DNA of 64,000 bases. Origin: Lepidodermella squamata. Lineage: Eukaryota > Animalia > Gastrotricha. Of this stretch, positions 60,652 through 64,000 are shown in pieces (position 1 is the stretch's first letter; each line of letters starts with the position of its first letter). Where the stretch lies: NCBI GenBank assembly GCA_047495785.1, contig JBLDXI010000015.1, positions 4,650,001 to 4,714,000 of the forward strand, given 5' to 3'. The translations under genes were made by a program, and so were the position numbers. The notes below the pieces were generated by a model. The model had not been told where the DNA came from, searched no databases, and was given only the letters and a program-made list of their open reading frames with translations.

Positions 60652-63600
60652 CTACGCACGACGATGCTTCACCCAGTGGAAGAACCAATCCAGCTTCGTC
60701 GACCACTGACCTCCGTGGGCTTCGCTGAACGCAGCCTAAATAGCACCAAAATTACATTAAAATGTCACGAAAGAGACGATTAAGTTTGCTCACCTGAAAG
60801 TATTGAGCTGCTCGACGATCATCGGCGCTCAGACACAGTGTTTTGCGAACATAGTCAGCGTCTTCAATGCATTTCAACTCAGGAAGACGGGCGGGGACAG
60901 TTAGCGAAAATATTGCTAGGAGGCGAGCGGTTGCGCCTCGGATGAGTAGGTACAACTGACCACAGGCCTCCTCAAATCTCAAAAACTCGGCGCTTTTCGT
61001 CCCGTGCTCAGCGCCGTCGCTGATCACATTGATAAAATCTTCCGTTAAAACAAAAGGAACGCGCTCGCGGCTGATGCCAAACTTCTTCTTGCGGTGGTCC
61101 AAGAAATGTCCGAAATCAATGTGAACCAAACGGCCGCTTTCGCAAATCATTATATTATCAGGGTGCCTGTCACCTACCCCCAAAATGAAGGTAGCCACGC
61201 AGTAGGCTGCGCATGATTGAGTGAAATTAGCCAGGGCAAGACGATAGGCTTCAACTCCTGGGTTTTTCTCGCGAAGCCACCGCAATAGCAAACTTTTGTC
61301 GACCTGAATGGCGCCTAGCACTGACTGACGTTGAATATTCATCACAGTCTTAGCTCGGGTTATGACTTCGATGAAACCGGTTTCTTTACCGACTGGCATC
61401 GTGGAATATGGCCGAATGCGGGTGTCTATGCCGGCCCTCAGCCAACAATCGTCCATGAGCCACAACAGTTGGAGAATCAACAAATCTTGACGCAAATCAT
61501 CGCCCAACTTGAAGATCAGTTCGTATTTCGACGCATCAGGGTCTGCGAATCGGTCATTTACGTCCCACGCGAGCCAAACCGGCAATTTAGCCGATTTCAA
61601 AATTCGGCAACAATCCGGCCTGAGACGACCGAGGCGAACGGATGGGTGAAGAGGTGAGACCAGCCCCGATAGAACTTCCATAGCCTCGCGACTCGCAATT
61701 TTAGTCTCAAACGTTCTCGCCTGGTCTTCTTCGCGCAGTTGCTTGATTTCACTGACAAGCGTTCGCAGGAAAGATATCGCCTCGTGTTGCCGGCAAATAA
61801 TCGGGCGAAGTCCGCTAGACAACCGAAAAATAACCTCGCAAATTAAGAGTAAGACCGATCTAAATTTATCGCCCTCAAGGGTGGAGTACATTTCGGAAAC
61901 GCAAGTCCAGAAGAACGTATTGCCGAAACGTTGATTGGCAAATGAGCGGCGGAGAGCAAACTGAACAATCGGATTGTTAGGGTAGACCTGAAGTCGGAGT
62001 AACTGGACGACCTGAAGCAAGTGTAAAGTTAGCAGCGAATCCGGTTTCAACGCCTGCGCTAATCGGTCGACTAAACACTGTTGTAGCTCAGGGTCAAGTA
62101 CGTAAGCAGCGATTAGAGACATGACAAGTTCTAAGCTAGGCTGTTTCCACTGCCTCAACAACTGGTACAAAACTCCGACGTGCAAACGATTCGACCACCT
62201 GACAGCTGACAGAAGTAGAGGTAGCGAATCTGGGAAATGCTCAACCAAATTGTCTCGGTTAGCCCAAACCAGGTCTCTCTCCTCTTGTGTTAAATCTTCA
62301 GTGCTGAGAGCAGAAATAGCTGTATTCAGCTCATTAGGGTTGTTAATCACTCGATTTCGCTTTTCCTTGTCCTCTCGCTGTAACTGTTGGCGGTAGATAT
62401 CAGTGTTGAGGAGGGAGACGTAGTCGCCAAATGACGGGAAGACGTATCGCCGGCGGTGAACTTCAAAGTCCAAGTGGACACACGGCCCGCTTTTCGCTTC
62501 GTTCTGGCCCTGTACAGCGTTGTTGAACATCATCATGAAGGCGGTCGGGCCGCCGGCGCGAGACCAGTGCGACGAGGAATGCGAATCCGCCTTGCTGATA
62601 GCATGCGTAAAGACCGAAACTTTACCCTGCAGCAAGCAGCTTTCTGAAAACGCACGCATTTTAATTAGAAAAAATTTGAGATAGAATCAAACTTACTGTA
62701 GTCAAAAAGTGGATAGTTTGCATAAGCAAGAGGCTTCGCAGAAGAGTAGGCCGCGGGATTTTTCACAGCCTGTTGAATAGTGGAAGCAGCGCCTGGGGCA
62801 GACCCAGTCTGCAACTGAGCCGCTTGCTTTGTTGGCATTGAGCAAATCGCAAGGGTAACAACTGCTCCGCGTGGAATATCTGAAGAATGCAAATCGAATT
62901 CCAGGGTATCATTCCACCTTAGATTAGTTGGCTCAACCGGTCTAAACAAAATTAATTAGCCATGATTTTGGGTGCAAAAAAAAGATAAAATACCGTGAGA
63001 AGCAAATTGAAGACACCGGATCATGGAAACAAAAAATTTGTGCGGCAATGAAAAATCGGAAATCAGCATCGAGGCTGAATGTAACACACGTAAGCGAATT
63101 GACTTTGAACCGTAGAAAGAAATCTAGTTTCCACAGCGGTACCAAATCCTCCTCAGTAGTATGCTGAGCGTAGTCAGGTATGGTCAAGCTAGTCGGCGAG
63201 ATGCATGACAAAACTCTGGAACGAACAACCAGCTCAAGCCGCAATGGGAAGCCAGCCAACACCAGTTCAGTGACAATGCGATACTGCCACAATGGGCATT
63301 CGTCAATGAGGAATTCGTTATGACCGCAGAGTCGGAGGTAGTACTGAGACACGTACTTGCCGACTATTCGGTCGATTTTATCAGCTGGCATTTGCTGCTT
63401 CGAACACTTGTGCCGAATCGCCAGTTCGACAACGTCACGAGGGTGCGATGAAAGAGGAGTCATCAAATGGTATATAGCCGGTTCTGGCCTATCGTCAACA
63501 CAAATCACAACATGCACAGATTGACTCAGTTCATCCGCCCTAAAATTAGCAACGATTAAATCGTTTTAAAAATAATTCAATCAAAGCCAACTTGTGATAG

Positions 63601-64000
63601 TAAATTCGGTCGGTATCCGACGACATTTCGCAACGAGCGTTTTGCACGACGTCTGGATTCGGGAAGTAATCTGGGCTGTATTGATAGCGAAGCTCGGCGT
63701 CAGATCCTGGAGGCGCATTTCCCACGCGTTGCTGCAAAACTTCATGCGAATACCGAAAAATAGACATGCGGAATGCTTGCAGAGCCGGTGTGAGAAAATT
63801 ACTCGGCTCTTGTAAAGGGAATCCGATAATTCGATCTTTTCAAAGCAAAAGTTGATCAGTTATCCGAAGAAAACTTGGAAGCTATCACTCACTCATATCT
63901 TGCCTGAGTTTCTTTTCCTCACGACTCCCGGCGATTTCCTCGAATCTTAACACAGGCTGCAGGTAATTGAGATCAGATAGCCTGTGATAAATTTTCAATT
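60652..64000 (-). CDS. PIK3CA: Class I phosphoinositide 3-kinase catalytic subunit p110 (5' part outside the window)
   Basis: Ras-binding-like, C2 (RWNDTLEFD..SDIPRGA), helical and kinase domains: SAKLPVWL, IFK.GDDLRQD, GFIEV, FTQSCAAYCVATFILGVGDRHPDNIM, HIDFGHFLDH.KKKFG..RERVPFVLT. Last exon EAHGGQWSTKLDWFFH resembles p110alpha; isoform call is tentative. Confidence 0.93.

Noticed and set aside
62270-62320. PI3K helical-domain EDLTQEERD resembling human E545Q/Q546E activating variants
   Set aside because: This segment varies among p110 isoforms and invertebrates, and the alignment is ambiguous. The H1047 equivalent is intact.

Overview
Gene-dense eukaryotic (invertebrate animal) DNA with short, mostly 50-80 nt GT-AG introns; the taxon cannot be fixed from sequence alone. 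About 20 protein-coding genes. Conserved ones: DNase II, TRAPPC10, NMDA receptor GluN1, CHTOP, CLIC, SF3B1, cathepsin L, a clan-3 cytochrome P450, cyclin Y and a class I PI3K p110 (5' end outside the window). Apparently lineage-specific ones: three soluble tandem-domain PTP pseudophosphatases, two intronless ZC3H14/Nab2-type zinc-finger paralogues sharing an unrecognised N-terminal domain, three DUF229 ecto-enzymes, a small acidic protein with multiple TQT (LC8-binding) motifs, and a truncated Ig-domain gene. The best candidate for an undescribed system is the dead dual-PTP family, which keeps receptor-PTP intron positions but has lost every catalytic Cys. Also notable are candidate poison exons in unusually long introns of SF3B1 and CHTOP, and a GluN1 with an altered agonist pocket. 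No rRNA, tRNA or CRISPR was found; a few decayed MITE-like elements are present. Exon boundaries were read by eye, and family calls rest on remembered motifs, not database searches.
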